64,000 nt of DNA from an uncultured Haloferula sp. GTDB taxonomy: Bacteria > Verrucomicrobiota > Verrucomicrobiia > Verrucomicrobiales > Akkermansiaceae. Position 1 is the stretch's first letter. Every line of letters starts with the position of its first letter. The DNA is taken from NCBI GenBank assembly GCA_965652295.1, contig CBFGTS010000009.1:96001-160000 (forward strand), given 5' to 3'. Shown piece by piece: positions 9,064 to 17,976 of this stretch. The notes below the pieces were generated by a model, which was not told the DNA's origin, did not search any database, and saw nothing but the letters and a program-made list of their open reading frames with translations. Position numbers and translations under genes: made by a program.

Positions 9064-10233
9064 TTGAAATCCGGCTTCCTCGAAAAACTCCTGGCCCGCC
9101 TCGACCGTATCGATCCCGTCGAGGCCCAGCAGCTCCTTTCCCGTCTGATCCGGGAGAAAGGCTTCCTTGAGCAGGTCTTCGAAGCCCTGCACGAGGGCGT
9201 CATCGTTCTCGAAGAAGACGGCGTCATCACCTTCATCAACGGTGCCGCACAGAAATTCTTCGGCCTCGGCGACGAGGTCCTCGGCGAGCCCCTCCAGCGC
9301 CGCGTCCCCGGTCTCGACTTCGCCGCGCTCGCCAAACCAGGCAAGACCGTCTCCCGCGATCTCGAGGTTTTCTACCCCGAGAACCGCTACCTCAATTTCT
9401 ACCTCTCCCCGATCGCTGCGCCGAAGAACAACGGTACCTTCGGCTGGGTCATGCTCGTCCGCGACCAAACCGCCACCCGCCGCGAAGCCGAGGACACACT
9501 GGAAAGCGAGCGCCTCAACGCCCTGACCCTGCTCGCCGCCGGCGTCGCTCACGAAATCGGCAACCCGCTCAACTCGCTCGACATCCACCTCCAGCTCCTC
9601 GCCCGCAAGCTGCGCAAACTCCCGCCCGGCGACCGCGCGCCGCTCGAAGAACACCTCGACACCGCCCGCCGCGAAATCCAGCGTCTCGATACCATCCTGC
9701 GCCAGTTTCTCGAGGCCGTCCGCCCCACCACCCCCAACCGCGAACGCACCGACCTCCACGCCCTGCTCGATGAAACCCTGCGTCTCTTGGAGCCCGAACT
9801 CGCCTCGCGGGAGATCGCTGTCGAACTCGATCTGGCCCACGATTTCCCGCCCGCCGAGGTCGATCCCTCCCAGTTCCAGCAGGTCTTCTACAACCTCCTC
9901 CGCAATGCCTATCAAGCCATCCGCGGAAACGACGGGCTCATCCGCATCGCCACCTTCGCCAACGACTACGAGTCCCGTATTTCCATCTCCGACAACGGCA
10001 GCGGCATCTCGCCCGAGCAGATGGGTTCCCTCTTCGAACCCTACAAAACCACCAAGCAATCCGGCACCGGCCTCGGTCTGCTGATCGTCCGCCGCGTCGT
10101 CCGCAGCCACGGCGGAGAAATCGAGATCGAATCCGAGCCCGAGGTCGGCACCACCATCTCCATCCACCTCCCCCGCGCCCAACGCCCCGTCCGCCTCCTC
10201 GAAGACAAGGCGGACGTCATCGATATCGACTGA
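9064..10233 (+). CDS. PAS-domain sensor histidine kinase (NtrB-like)
   Basis: AHEIGNPL H-box, NLLRNA N-box, DNGSGI and GTGLGL G-boxes. Confidence 0.92.
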   Translation: MKSGFLEKLLARLDRIDPVEAQQLLSRLIREKGFLEQVFEALHEGVIVLEEDGVITFINGAAQKFFGLGDEVLGEPLQRRVPGLDFAALAKPGKTVSRDLEVFYPENRYLNFYLSPIAAPKNNGTFGWVMLVRDQTATRREAEDTLESERLNALTLLAAGVAHEIGNPLNSLDIHLQLLARKLRKLPPGDRAPLEEHLDTARREIQRLDTILRQFLEAVRPTTPNRERTDLHALLDETLRLLEPELASREIAVELDLAHDFPPAEVDPSQFQQVFYNLLRNAYQAIRGNDGLIRIATFANDYESRISISDNGSGISPEQMGSLFEPYKTTKQSGTGLGLLIVRRVVRSHGGEIEIESEPEVGTTISIHLPRAQRPVRLLEDKADVIDID

Positions 10234-10234
10234 A

Positions 10235-10273
10235 AATAGGTCTCGTAGGACCTATTCCCCGGCAGCCCGCCTC
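10235..10273. repeat. ATAGGTCC/GGACCTAT palindromic repeat, copy 1
   Basis: aataggtc-tcgtag-gacctatt followed by ccccggcagcccgcctc. The same unit is at 20282. Confidence 0.7.
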
Positions 10274-10279
10274 ACGCCC

Positions 10280-11695
10280 ATGACTCCCACCCTACTCATC
10301 GTCGACGACGAAAAAGCCACCCGCGACGGGTTGCGCGCGGCTTTGGAGGATGACTTCGATGTCTTCCTGGCCTCCAACCGCGAGGAGGCCCGCGCCATCC
10401 TCAAGGGCGACACACCCGACCTCCTGCTCACCGACCTGCGGCTCGGTGGCGATTCCGGCATGGAGATCCTCGACGACGCCCTCGCGCTCCCCAAGCCGCC
10501 GACCGCGATCATGATGACCGCCTACGGCTCGGTCGATACCGCCGTCGAGGCGATGCGCCGCGGTGCCTGGCACTTCGTCACCAAGCCGCTGAACCTCGAC
10601 GAAGTCGAAATGCTCCTCAAGCGCGCCCTGCGCAGCCAGAAGCTCGAGGTCGAAAACCAGCAGCTCCGCCAGCAGGTCCCCGACCCCGCCGGCCTCGGCC
10701 GCCTCGTCGGCACCTCGGCCGCCATCCGCCGTGTCGCCGAAACCGTCAAACAGGTGGCCCCCACCCGCGCCAGCGTCCTGATCGAGGGCGAGAGCGGCAC
10801 CGGCAAGGAAGTCGTCGCCCACGCCCTCCACAGCCTCTCCGGCCGCCCGGCCGAGAAGCTCGTGATCGTCCACTGCGCCGCCCTCTCACCGCAACTCCTT
10901 GAGTCCGAGCTTTTCGGACACGAAAAGGGCGCCTTCACCGGTGCCGCCCAGCGCCGGATCGGCCGCTTTGAGCAGGCCGATGGCGGCACGCTTTTCCTCG
11001 ACGAAATCGGGGAAATCGACGCCTCCACCCAAGTCAAGCTGCTGCGCGTCCTCTCCGAACGAACCATCGAGCGCGTCGGTTCCAACAGCCCGATCAAGGT
11101 CGATGTCCGCGTCGTCGCCGCCACCAACAAGAACCTCGCATCCCTCGTCGAAGCCGGTGATTTCCGCGAAGACCTCTATTTCCGGCTCAACGTCGTGCGC
11201 ATCGAGATGCCGCCGCTCCGCACCCGCGCCGAGGATGTGGTGTTGCTGGCGGGAAAATTCCTCAAAGAATTCGCCGACGAGAACGGGCGGCCCGTCAAGC
11301 CGCTGTCGGACGCCGCCATGGAAGCCTTGCGCCGCCACCCGTGGCCCGGGAACGTCCGCGAACTGCGCACCGCCATCGAACACGGCGTGGTGATGTCGAA
11401 CGATCCGGTCATCGACCTCCGCCACCTGCCGGGCGACCTGCTCCGACCCGCGCTCTCGCCACCGCCTTCTGCTGAGGCCCGCGAGCCACGGGACGCGGGG
11501 AAAATCCCCCTTGCCGCTCCACTCGAATTCAACTTGCATGCGCTCGAAGCTCAAACGATCCGGGCGGCATTGGCCGAGGCCGATGGCAATCGCACCCGGG
11601 CCGCCGAGCTTCTTGGCATCAGCCGCCGAACCCTCCAGCGCAAGCTGAAGGAGGAAGGCGGCTCGTCCGATCTCCCCGATTTTCCGAACCCATGA
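10280..11695 (+). CDS. Sigma-54-dependent response regulator (NtrC/AtoC family)
   Basis: REC domain (VDDE, TDLRL), GESGTGKE, GAFTGA, WPGNVREL, C-terminal Fis HTH. Confidence 0.95.
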   Translation: MTPTLLIVDDEKATRDGLRAALEDDFDVFLASNREEARAILKGDTPDLLLTDLRLGGDSGMEILDDALALPKPPTAIMMTAYGSVDTAVEAMRRGAWHFVTKPLNLDEVEMLLKRALRSQKLEVENQQLRQQVPDPAGLGRLVGTSAAIRRVAETVKQVAPTRASVLIEGESGTGKEVVAHALHSLSGRPAEKLVIVHCAALSPQLLESELFGHEKGAFTGAAQRRIGRFEQADGGTLFLDEIGEIDASTQVKLLRVLSERTIERVGSNSPIKVDVRVVAATNKNLASLVEAGDFREDLYFRLNVVRIEMPPLRTRAEDVVLLAGKFLKEFADENGRPVKPLSDAAMEALRRHPWPGNVRELRTAIEHGVVMSNDPVIDLRHLPGDLLRPALSPPPSAEAREPRDAGKIPLAAPLEFNLHALEAQTIRAALAEADGNRTRAAELLGISRRTLQRKLKEEGGSSDLPDFPNP

Positions 11696-13527
11696 GCACA
11701 TCTCCCGCCCTCCCCGACGCCGCGACTTTGGTCCGCCGCATCGTGTTTATCCTCTGTCTGCTCGGCCTGACCGCCATCCACTTAGGCGTCGTTTTCCGCG
11801 GCCTCGGCACCCCGGAGGCCATGGACCAGGCCCAGCTCGGACGCGAAATCGCCCGCGGCGAAGGTTTCGCCACCAAGGTGATCCGCCCGCTGGAACTCCA
11901 CCTGGCCGAATCCCACCAGGAAAGCGCCGTTCCGTTCATCGGCCTGCGGGATACCTACCAGTCCCCGCTCAATCCGCTCGTCCTCGGTGCCGTTTTCAAG
12001 CTCGTCGGTGCCGACCAACCGGACAAATGGACGATGCCGACCGACAAATTGGTGTATGATCTCGACCGGGTCGTCGCCCTCGTCTCGACGCTCTTTTTCC
12101 TGATGGCCATCGGCGTCACCTACCTTCTGGTCAGCCGGATATTCGACGGAAAAATCGCCGGCTTCACCGCCGTGCTGATGATGTTCTGCGACATGTACTG
12201 GCGCTTCTCCCAGAGCGGCCTTCCTCAAATGCTGCTGCTGCTGCTTTTCACCTGCGGCCTCTACTTCGCCTACCGCACCATTGAAGACCAAGAGGAAGGA
12301 AAGAACTCCTTCGTGCAGCCACTCCTCGCGGCCGTGTTCTTCTCGCTGATGGTCCTCGCCCACTGGCTCGCCGCCTGGGTGTTCTTCGGTTTCCTCCTCT
12401 ACGCCGCCATCGCCTTCCGACCCCGCGGCATCATCGCCCTCTCCTCGCTGGTCGTCCTGCTGGCCTTCATCGCCTTCCCGCTGTACCGGATGGCCTCGAT
12501 CACCGGCCAGCCCTTCGGCGTGGCGCGCTTCGTGTTCTACAACGGCCTCTCCGCAGGATCCGAGTCGGCCGTCATGCGCACGCTCGACCTCAGCTCCACC
12601 CCGCTGGTGATGGACGGGCTGCTGATGAAAATCCTCGGCACCACCCTGGTCCAGGCCACCAACCTGATTCCGTTCTTTGGTGGCATCATCGCCGCGCCCA
12701 TTTTCTTCATCGCCCTGCTGCACCCTTTCAAGCGCCCCTCGATCGCACGCTTCCGCTGGATGATCGCCCTGATGTGGCTCTTTGCCGCCGTGGGGATGGC
12801 GATCTTCGGCATCAACAGCTCGTCCACCCTGCATCCGAACCAGATCCATCTGCTGTTCGCGCCCATCATGGCGGCCTACGGGCTGGCTTTCCTTTCCATC
12901 CTCTGGAGCCGTCTGCCGATCGTCAGCCAGGTCCCCGCCCTGCGCTACGCCCACTACATCGCCGTGGTCGTCGTTTCCGCCGCCCCACTCATCCTTTCCC
13001 TCCCGCGCGACGTCCGCACCTTCCTCCTTTTCGCCGACAAGGGAGGCTGGCCGCAGTGGCCGCCCTACTACCCGCTCATCCTCAACCGCGGTCTTTCCTC
13101 CTGGGTGGATAAAAACCCGGAATCCGCGGAAATCATCATCTCCGACCAGCCCTGGGCCGTGGCCTGGTACGCCGACGCCCACTCGCTCTGGCTGCCGAAG
13201 TCCCTGGTGGATTTCAACAACCTCGACGCCAAGGCCATCGATCAGGGCAACCGCTTCGCCGGCGTCCTGATCACCCCCTCCTCGCGCGATGACGGCTCGG
13301 TTTCCAGCGTAATCAAGGAAAACGGCGATTTCGCCCCCCTGGTCCTCGACGGCACCGTGGCCTCCATCACCGGCAACAGCCAGCGTCAGTCCGGCTTCGC
13401 GATTTACAACAGGGCCCCCACCATTGAGTCCTTCGCCAAGCGCTTCCCCATTCGCTATCCGCTTCTTGGCGAGCAGATGGTCTACTACAGCGAAAAGCGG
13501 ATCTCCGACGAAAACCTCCGCAATTGA
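11692..13527 (+). CDS. Polytopic membrane protein, probable GT-C fold glycosyltransferase (GT39/ArnT-like)
   Basis: Many TM helices, acidic loop after TM1 (PEAMDQ), YQSPLNP, IISDQPWAVAWY. Confidence 0.65.
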   Translation: MSTSPALPDAATLVRRIVFILCLLGLTAIHLGVVFRGLGTPEAMDQAQLGREIARGEGFATKVIRPLELHLAESHQESAVPFIGLRDTYQSPLNPLVLGAVFKLVGADQPDKWTMPTDKLVYDLDRVVALVSTLFFLMAIGVTYLLVSRIFDGKIAGFTAVLMMFCDMYWRFSQSGLPQMLLLLLFTCGLYFAYRTIEDQEEGKNSFVQPLLAAVFFSLMVLAHWLAAWVFFGFLLYAAIAFRPRGIIALSSLVVLLAFIAFPLYRMASITGQPFGVARFVFYNGLSAGSESAVMRTLDLSSTPLVMDGLLMKILGTTLVQATNLIPFFGGIIAAPIFFIALLHPFKRPSIARFRWMIALMWLFAAVGMAIFGINSSSTLHPNQIHLLFAPIMAAYGLAFLSILWSRLPIVSQVPALRYAHYIAVVVVSAAPLILSLPRDVRTFLLFADKGGWPQWPPYYPLILNRGLSSWVDKNPESAEIIISDQPWAVAWYADAHSLWLPKSLVDFNNLDAKAIDQGNRFAGVLITPSSRDDGSVSSVIKENGDFAPLVLDGTVASITGNSQRQSGFAIYNRAPTIESFAKRFPIRYPLLGEQMVYYSEKRISDENLRN

Positions 13528-13826
13528 TGCCCGCCCGGAAAAAATCCACACCCGGAGACACCGGGGAAGCCACCTTCGAGGAGGCGCTGGCGGAGCTGGA
13601 ATCGATCGTCCACGCGATGGAGGAAGAACAGCTTCCCCTTGAAGACCTCGTCTCCCGCTACGAAAAAGGGATGAAACTGCTCGGTCGCTGCCAGACCGTC
13701 CTCAACAGCGCCCGCGAGCGGCTGCAAACCATCAGCGCGACCGCCTCAAACACCTTGACCCCGGACGAATCGGAGACCACCGACACGCCCGACGACGATT
13801 CCGATGACGACATCCGCCTCTTCTGA
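13527..13826 (+). CDS. xseB: Exodeoxyribonuclease VII small subunit
   Basis: TFEEALAELESIV..ME...LPLEDL...YEKG..L...C...L..A; adjacent to dxs. Confidence 0.92.
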   Translation: MPARKKSTPGDTGEATFEEALAELESIVHAMEEEQLPLEDLVSRYEKGMKLLGRCQTVLNSARERLQTISATASNTLTPDESETTDTPDDDSDDDIRLF

Positions 13827-15696
13827 GCCTCCCCACCTGGGGCCGATCCTTTCCCAGCTCCACTCACCCCAGGACCTCAAGGCGCTCCCCGAGGCGGACC
13901 TGTTGAAGCTGGCCGTGGAAATCCGCGAGGCCCTCATCACCAACCTCTCCCGCACCGGCGGCCACCTCGGCCCCAACCTCGGCGTGGTCGAACTCACCAT
14001 CGCCCTCCACCGCGTCTTCTCCACTCCCAAGGACCACTTCGTGTTCGACGTCGCCCACCAGGGATACGTCCACAAGATGCTCACCGGCCGCGCCGACAAG
14101 ATCCACACCATCCGCACCTACCAGGGCCTCAACGGTTTCCTCCTCCGCAGCGAGTCGGAGCACGATTGCTACGGCGCGGGTCACGCCGGCACCGCCCTCT
14201 CCGCCGCCCTCGGCATGGCCGCCGGCCGCGATCTCAATCAGGACGGCAGCCATGTCGTCGCCCTCGCCGGCGATGCCGCCTTCACCTGCGGCCCCACCCT
14301 TGAGGCGCTCAACAACATCGCCGAGACCACCAAGAAATTCATCGTCGTCCTCAACGACAACGAGTGGTCGATCGACAAGAACGTCGGCGCCATCGCCCGC
14401 TACTTCAACGCCCTCCAGACCCACTCGACCTATTCGTCGGTCCGGAGCGCCGCCGCCGAGTTCGTCGAAAAAATCGCCGGCAAGGCCACCCGGAACCTCG
14501 CTCACAAGGTCGAGCAGAGCGCCAAAAACCTGCTTTTCCCGAACGTCCTCTTCGAGAAGTTCGGCATCCGCTACTTCGGCCCCATCGACGGCCACGACCT
14601 TCCCCTGCTGGTCAAAACCTTCGACTACCTCAAGACCCTCAACGAGCCGGTCGTCCTCCACGTCATCACCGAAAAGGGTCGCGGCTACCAGCCCGCCATC
14701 GACAACCCCGGCAAGTTCCACGGCCTCGGCACCTACAAGGTCGAGGATGGCTCCACCGACACCTCCGCCACGCCCACCGCCTCGGACATCTTCGGCCGCA
14801 CCGTCACCGATCTCGCCAAACAAGACCCGAAGATCGTCGCCATCACCGGTGCCATGCCCGGCGGCACCAAGCTCGAGATCTTCAAGAACGAGCTGCCCGA
14901 ACGCTACTTCGACGTCGGCATCGCCGAGGAACACGCCGCCCTCTTCGCCTGCGGCCTCGCCACCAAAGGCATTCGCCCGTTCCTGGCGATCTACTCGACC
15001 TTCATGCAGCGGGCCTACGACATGATCCTGCACGACATCGCGCTGCAGAACCTGCCCGTCCGCCTCTGCATGGACCGCGGCGGCCTGTCCGGGGATGACG
15101 GCCCCACCCACCACGGTCTTTTCGACATCGGCTACCTCCGGATCGTCCCCGGCCTCATCCACATGGCACCCAAGGACGAAGCCGAATTCGTCGCCATGCT
15201 CCAATGGATGGCCGCCTACGATGACGGCCCCAGCGCCATCCGCTACCCGCGCGGCTCCATCGCCGGCACCCCCGTGGACGGCCCCTGCGCCCCCATCGAA
15301 GCCGGCAAGGGCGAACTCGTCTCCGAAGGCTCCGACGTCGCCCTGATCGGTCTCGGCACCATGTTCTCGATGGCCTTGGAAACGAAGGCACGGCTTGAGG
15401 CGCAAGGTCTGTCCGTCTCGCTCGTCAACCCGCGTTTCATCAAGCCCCTCGATGGCGCTCTGCTCGAAAAAGTCGCCCGTAACGCCAAGGTCGTCTGCAC
15501 CTTCGAGGACCACGTTCTCATGAACGGCTTCGGCACCGGCGTCATCGAGCATCTCCACGACGCCGGCATCCGCACCCCGGTCGAGCGCATCGGCTGGCCC
15601 GACGCCTGGATCGAGCACGGAAAGATCGACATCCTGCGCGAAAAACACGGCCTCACGGTCGAACACGCGCTGGAGAAGATCGCCCGGCATCTGTGA
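13804..15696 (+). CDS. dxs: 1-deoxy-D-xylulose-5-phosphate synthase
   Basis: GGHLGPNLGVVELT, GHAGT, GDAA...NDN, DVGIAEEHA, DGPTHHG, IRYPRG. Confidence 0.97.
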   Translation: MTTSASSEPPHLGPILSQLHSPQDLKALPEADLLKLAVEIREALITNLSRTGGHLGPNLGVVELTIALHRVFSTPKDHFVFDVAHQGYVHKMLTGRADKIHTIRTYQGLNGFLLRSESEHDCYGAGHAGTALSAALGMAAGRDLNQDGSHVVALAGDAAFTCGPTLEALNNIAETTKKFIVVLNDNEWSIDKNVGAIARYFNALQTHSTYSSVRSAAAEFVEKIAGKATRNLAHKVEQSAKNLLFPNVLFEKFGIRYFGPIDGHDLPLLVKTFDYLKTLNEPVVLHVITEKGRGYQPAIDNPGKFHGLGTYKVEDGSTDTSATPTASDIFGRTVTDLAKQDPKIVAITGAMPGGTKLEIFKNELPERYFDVGIAEEHAALFACGLATKGIRPFLAIYSTFMQRAYDMILHDIALQNLPVRLCMDRGGLSGDDGPTHHGLFDIGYLRIVPGLIHMAPKDEAEFVAMLQWMAAYDDGPSAIRYPRGSIAGTPVDGPCAPIEAGKGELVSEGSDVALIGLGTMFSMALETKARLEAQGLSVSLVNPRFIKPLDGALLEKVARNAKVVCTFEDHVLMNGFGTGVIEHLHDAGIRTPVERIGWPDAWIEHGKIDILREKHGLTVEHALEKIARHL

Positions 15697-15937
15697 CCGT
15701 GGTGCCACCCGCCTGCGGCGGTTGATCCGTAGCCGCCCATCCCGCAGTCGCCCGCTTCGGAGGAGCGGTAAGCACCGCCCCTCTGCGCCCCCCCTTTGGA
15801 GGGGAGAAATCCACTGGAGCCACAATCCCGGGGGCGGTTATGCTGTCGGCTAAGTGAGGCCAAAACGCTGCTCAGGAGCTGTCGCATTGAAGACGGCACT
15901 GCAGCACCCAGTACCTCACTAAACCCCGAAAAACCCC

Positions 15938-16879
15938 ATGAACCGCAACCTCCTCCTTCCTGTTCTCGGCCTGACCCTGCTGCCCTCGGCATCGGTCGTC
16001 GCCGCCAACGTCACCCTCAATGCCAGCGATGGCTTCGGCGCGTCGTCCTTCAACGCCGCCGGAAATTGGAGCAACGCCGCCGCTCCCAGCGCCGGGAACG
16101 ACTACTTCACCAACGGCCTGCTGCTCCGCACGCCCGCCGACACCGGCAGCCACACCTTCGCCGGGGATTCGCTCACCGTGTCCGGCTCCGCGAGCTTCGG
16201 CGCCGCCAACAACGAAGCCCTCATGTGGAAGGGTTCCGGGACCACCTCTACCATCACCGTGCCGAATCTGATCGTCAACGGCGGCCAGCTGCGTCACGGG
16301 CAAGGCGACGCCGACTCCTTCACTTTGGCGGGAGCCATCACCGTCGGTGCCAGCGGCATGGGCGTTGCCGCCCAAGGCGGTTTCAATATTTCCGCTCCGA
16401 TCTCCGGCAGTTCCCAGATCGTCGTGATGGGCAATGGCAACGGATCGGCGGCCCGCATGGTCACCTTCTCCAGCAGCTCCAGCACCTTCACCGGCAACCT
16501 GAATCTCAACAACGTCCAGAGTTTCGCCACACTCGCGGATGACGCGGTTTTCAACTTCGTCATCGGTGCGAGCGGAGTGAACAACCAGATTCTTGGAACC
16601 GGCAACCTCACCCTCAACGGCGACTTCGCCCTCGATCTCAGCGGAGCCAGCTCCACCCTCGGTGATTCCTGGCTCCTGGTCAACAACGCGACCTTGGCCG
16701 AAACCTACGGCTCGAGCTTCAGCTTGACGGGCTTCACCGACAATGGAGACGACACCTGGTCCTCCGGCAACTACCTGTTTGCTGAAGCAACCGGCACGCT
16801 CTCGGTGGTCGTTCCCGAGCCCTCGATCGCCCTGCTTGGCGCGTTCGGCGTCCTCGGCCTTCTGCGCCGTCGCCGCTGA
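15938..16879 (+). CDS. PEP-CTERM surface protein
   Basis: Signal peptide, Gly/Ser/Thr/Asn-rich beta-helix-like body, C-terminal VPEPSIALLGAFGVLGLLRRRR. Confidence 0.92.
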   Translation: MNRNLLLPVLGLTLLPSASVVAANVTLNASDGFGASSFNAAGNWSNAAAPSAGNDYFTNGLLLRTPADTGSHTFAGDSLTVSGSASFGAANNEALMWKGSGTTSTITVPNLIVNGGQLRHGQGDADSFTLAGAITVGASGMGVAAQGGFNISAPISGSSQIVVMGNGNGSAARMVTFSSSSSTFTGNLNLNNVQSFATLADDAVFNFVIGASGVNNQILGTGNLTLNGDFALDLSGASSTLGDSWLLVNNATLAETYGSSFSLTGFTDNGDDTWSSGNYLFAEATGTLSVVVPEPSIALLGAFGVLGLLRRRR

Positions 16880-16904
16880 GCCCGACCCCCTCTATTCTCC
16901 TCTC

Positions 16905-16936
16905 AAAAAGGCGGACCCCACCGGGTCCGCCTTTTT
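16905..16936 (+). terminator. Rho-independent terminator (bidirectional type)
   Basis: aaaaaggcggaccc-cacc-gggtccgccttttt. Confidence 0.9.
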
Positions 16937-17091
16937 CTTTGCCTTCGTGGCCAACCACCCGACGCGTGCAAAAAGAACACAATTTCCTTGCGCCGGCAGG
17001 CATTTCGGGCGACACGGAAACCACATGAACCGCTTCTTATCAGCGGATCGTGTTCCCCAAACAACGAAAACCTCAAAAACCCTACGAAACG

Positions 17092-17697
17092 ATGAAGAAG
17101 TATTTAGGTCTCACCGCTGCGGCACTGATCACGGTGTCGGGAAGTCAGGCTGCTCTCGTCTCCCTCACCAATGCCGACTTCGAGGCAGGAGTGGGGAATT
17201 TCCCCGATGGATTTGATGCTGATCCGGATATTCCGGGATGGATGGACCTCACAATCACTGACGCAGGAGTTGAAGCTGCCGGTGCGTGGTGGGGTACGTT
17301 TGACGGTCATTCCGCCTTTTTGGCGGTCGGAAACGGCGCCTATCTCCTGAGCGGCTATACCATTCAGGATGGCGACGAGTTCACCGTCGGAGCCGCCGCC
17401 AAAACCTGGGACGCCACCTCCGAACTCACCGCTACGGTGTTCTATGATGATCCCGCGAACGTGATCGGAACTTACACCATCGGGGTCGATAATACTTGGA
17501 CCCTCTATTCGTCGACACCGATTGCGGCCACTCCGGCTTCGATCGGGGGAACGCTCGGGATCAGCATCGAGAATTCGGCGTCCAGCGGGTTCCTGAATTT
17601 CGACGACGTCTCGATCGATGTCGTTCCCGAGCCCTCGGTCGCCCTGCTGGGCGGTGTGGGTATCCTCGGTCTGCTTCGCCGCCGGCGCTCGTTCTGA
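17092..17697 (+). CDS. PEP-CTERM surface protein (CBM-like N-terminus)
   Basis: MKKYLGLTAAALI signal, LTNADFE motif, C-terminal VPEPSVALLGGVGILGLLRRRR. Confidence 0.9.
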   Translation: MKKYLGLTAAALITVSGSQAALVSLTNADFEAGVGNFPDGFDADPDIPGWMDLTITDAGVEAAGAWWGTFDGHSAFLAVGNGAYLLSGYTIQDGDEFTVGAAAKTWDATSELTATVFYDDPANVIGTYTIGVDNTWTLYSSTPIAATPASIGGTLGISIENSASSGFLNFDDVSIDVVPEPSVALLGGVGILGLLRRRRSF

Positions 17698-17976
17698 GCC
17701 GCTTCCGGTGATTTAGACATCTGATTTCCAAACGGGCGATGCCGCGACGGCGTCGCCCGTTTTGTTTGCCGCAGGAATCGGCGTCCTTGGCGACCGATTC
17801 ACTGCTCTCGATTCCCGTCGCCCACGCCCTCATCGTAAGCGCCAAAGAGGCCCAACGAGCACAAACCGTAGGAGCAGGCCCTGCCGATTCCTCACGGAAC
17901 CGGCCACTGCCACGCAAACCGCCATCCCGGCCAAATTCCTTGGCGTCCTTGGCGAGTTGTCGATTCACTCCTCCCG

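Noticed and set aside
9064..11695. PrsK/PrsR regulators of the nearby PEP-CTERM genes
   Set aside because: The kinase is short and soluble, unlike the membrane-bound GAF kinase PrsK. I found no convincing sigma-54 GG-N10-GC promoter before the PEP-CTERM genes.
5893..15825. Very long antisense ORFs (e.g. 5893-7848, 11782-13551, 13864-15825; also 46810-49083)
   Set aside because: They are shadow frames of real genes, caused by high-GC codon bias. They show no recognisable motifs.
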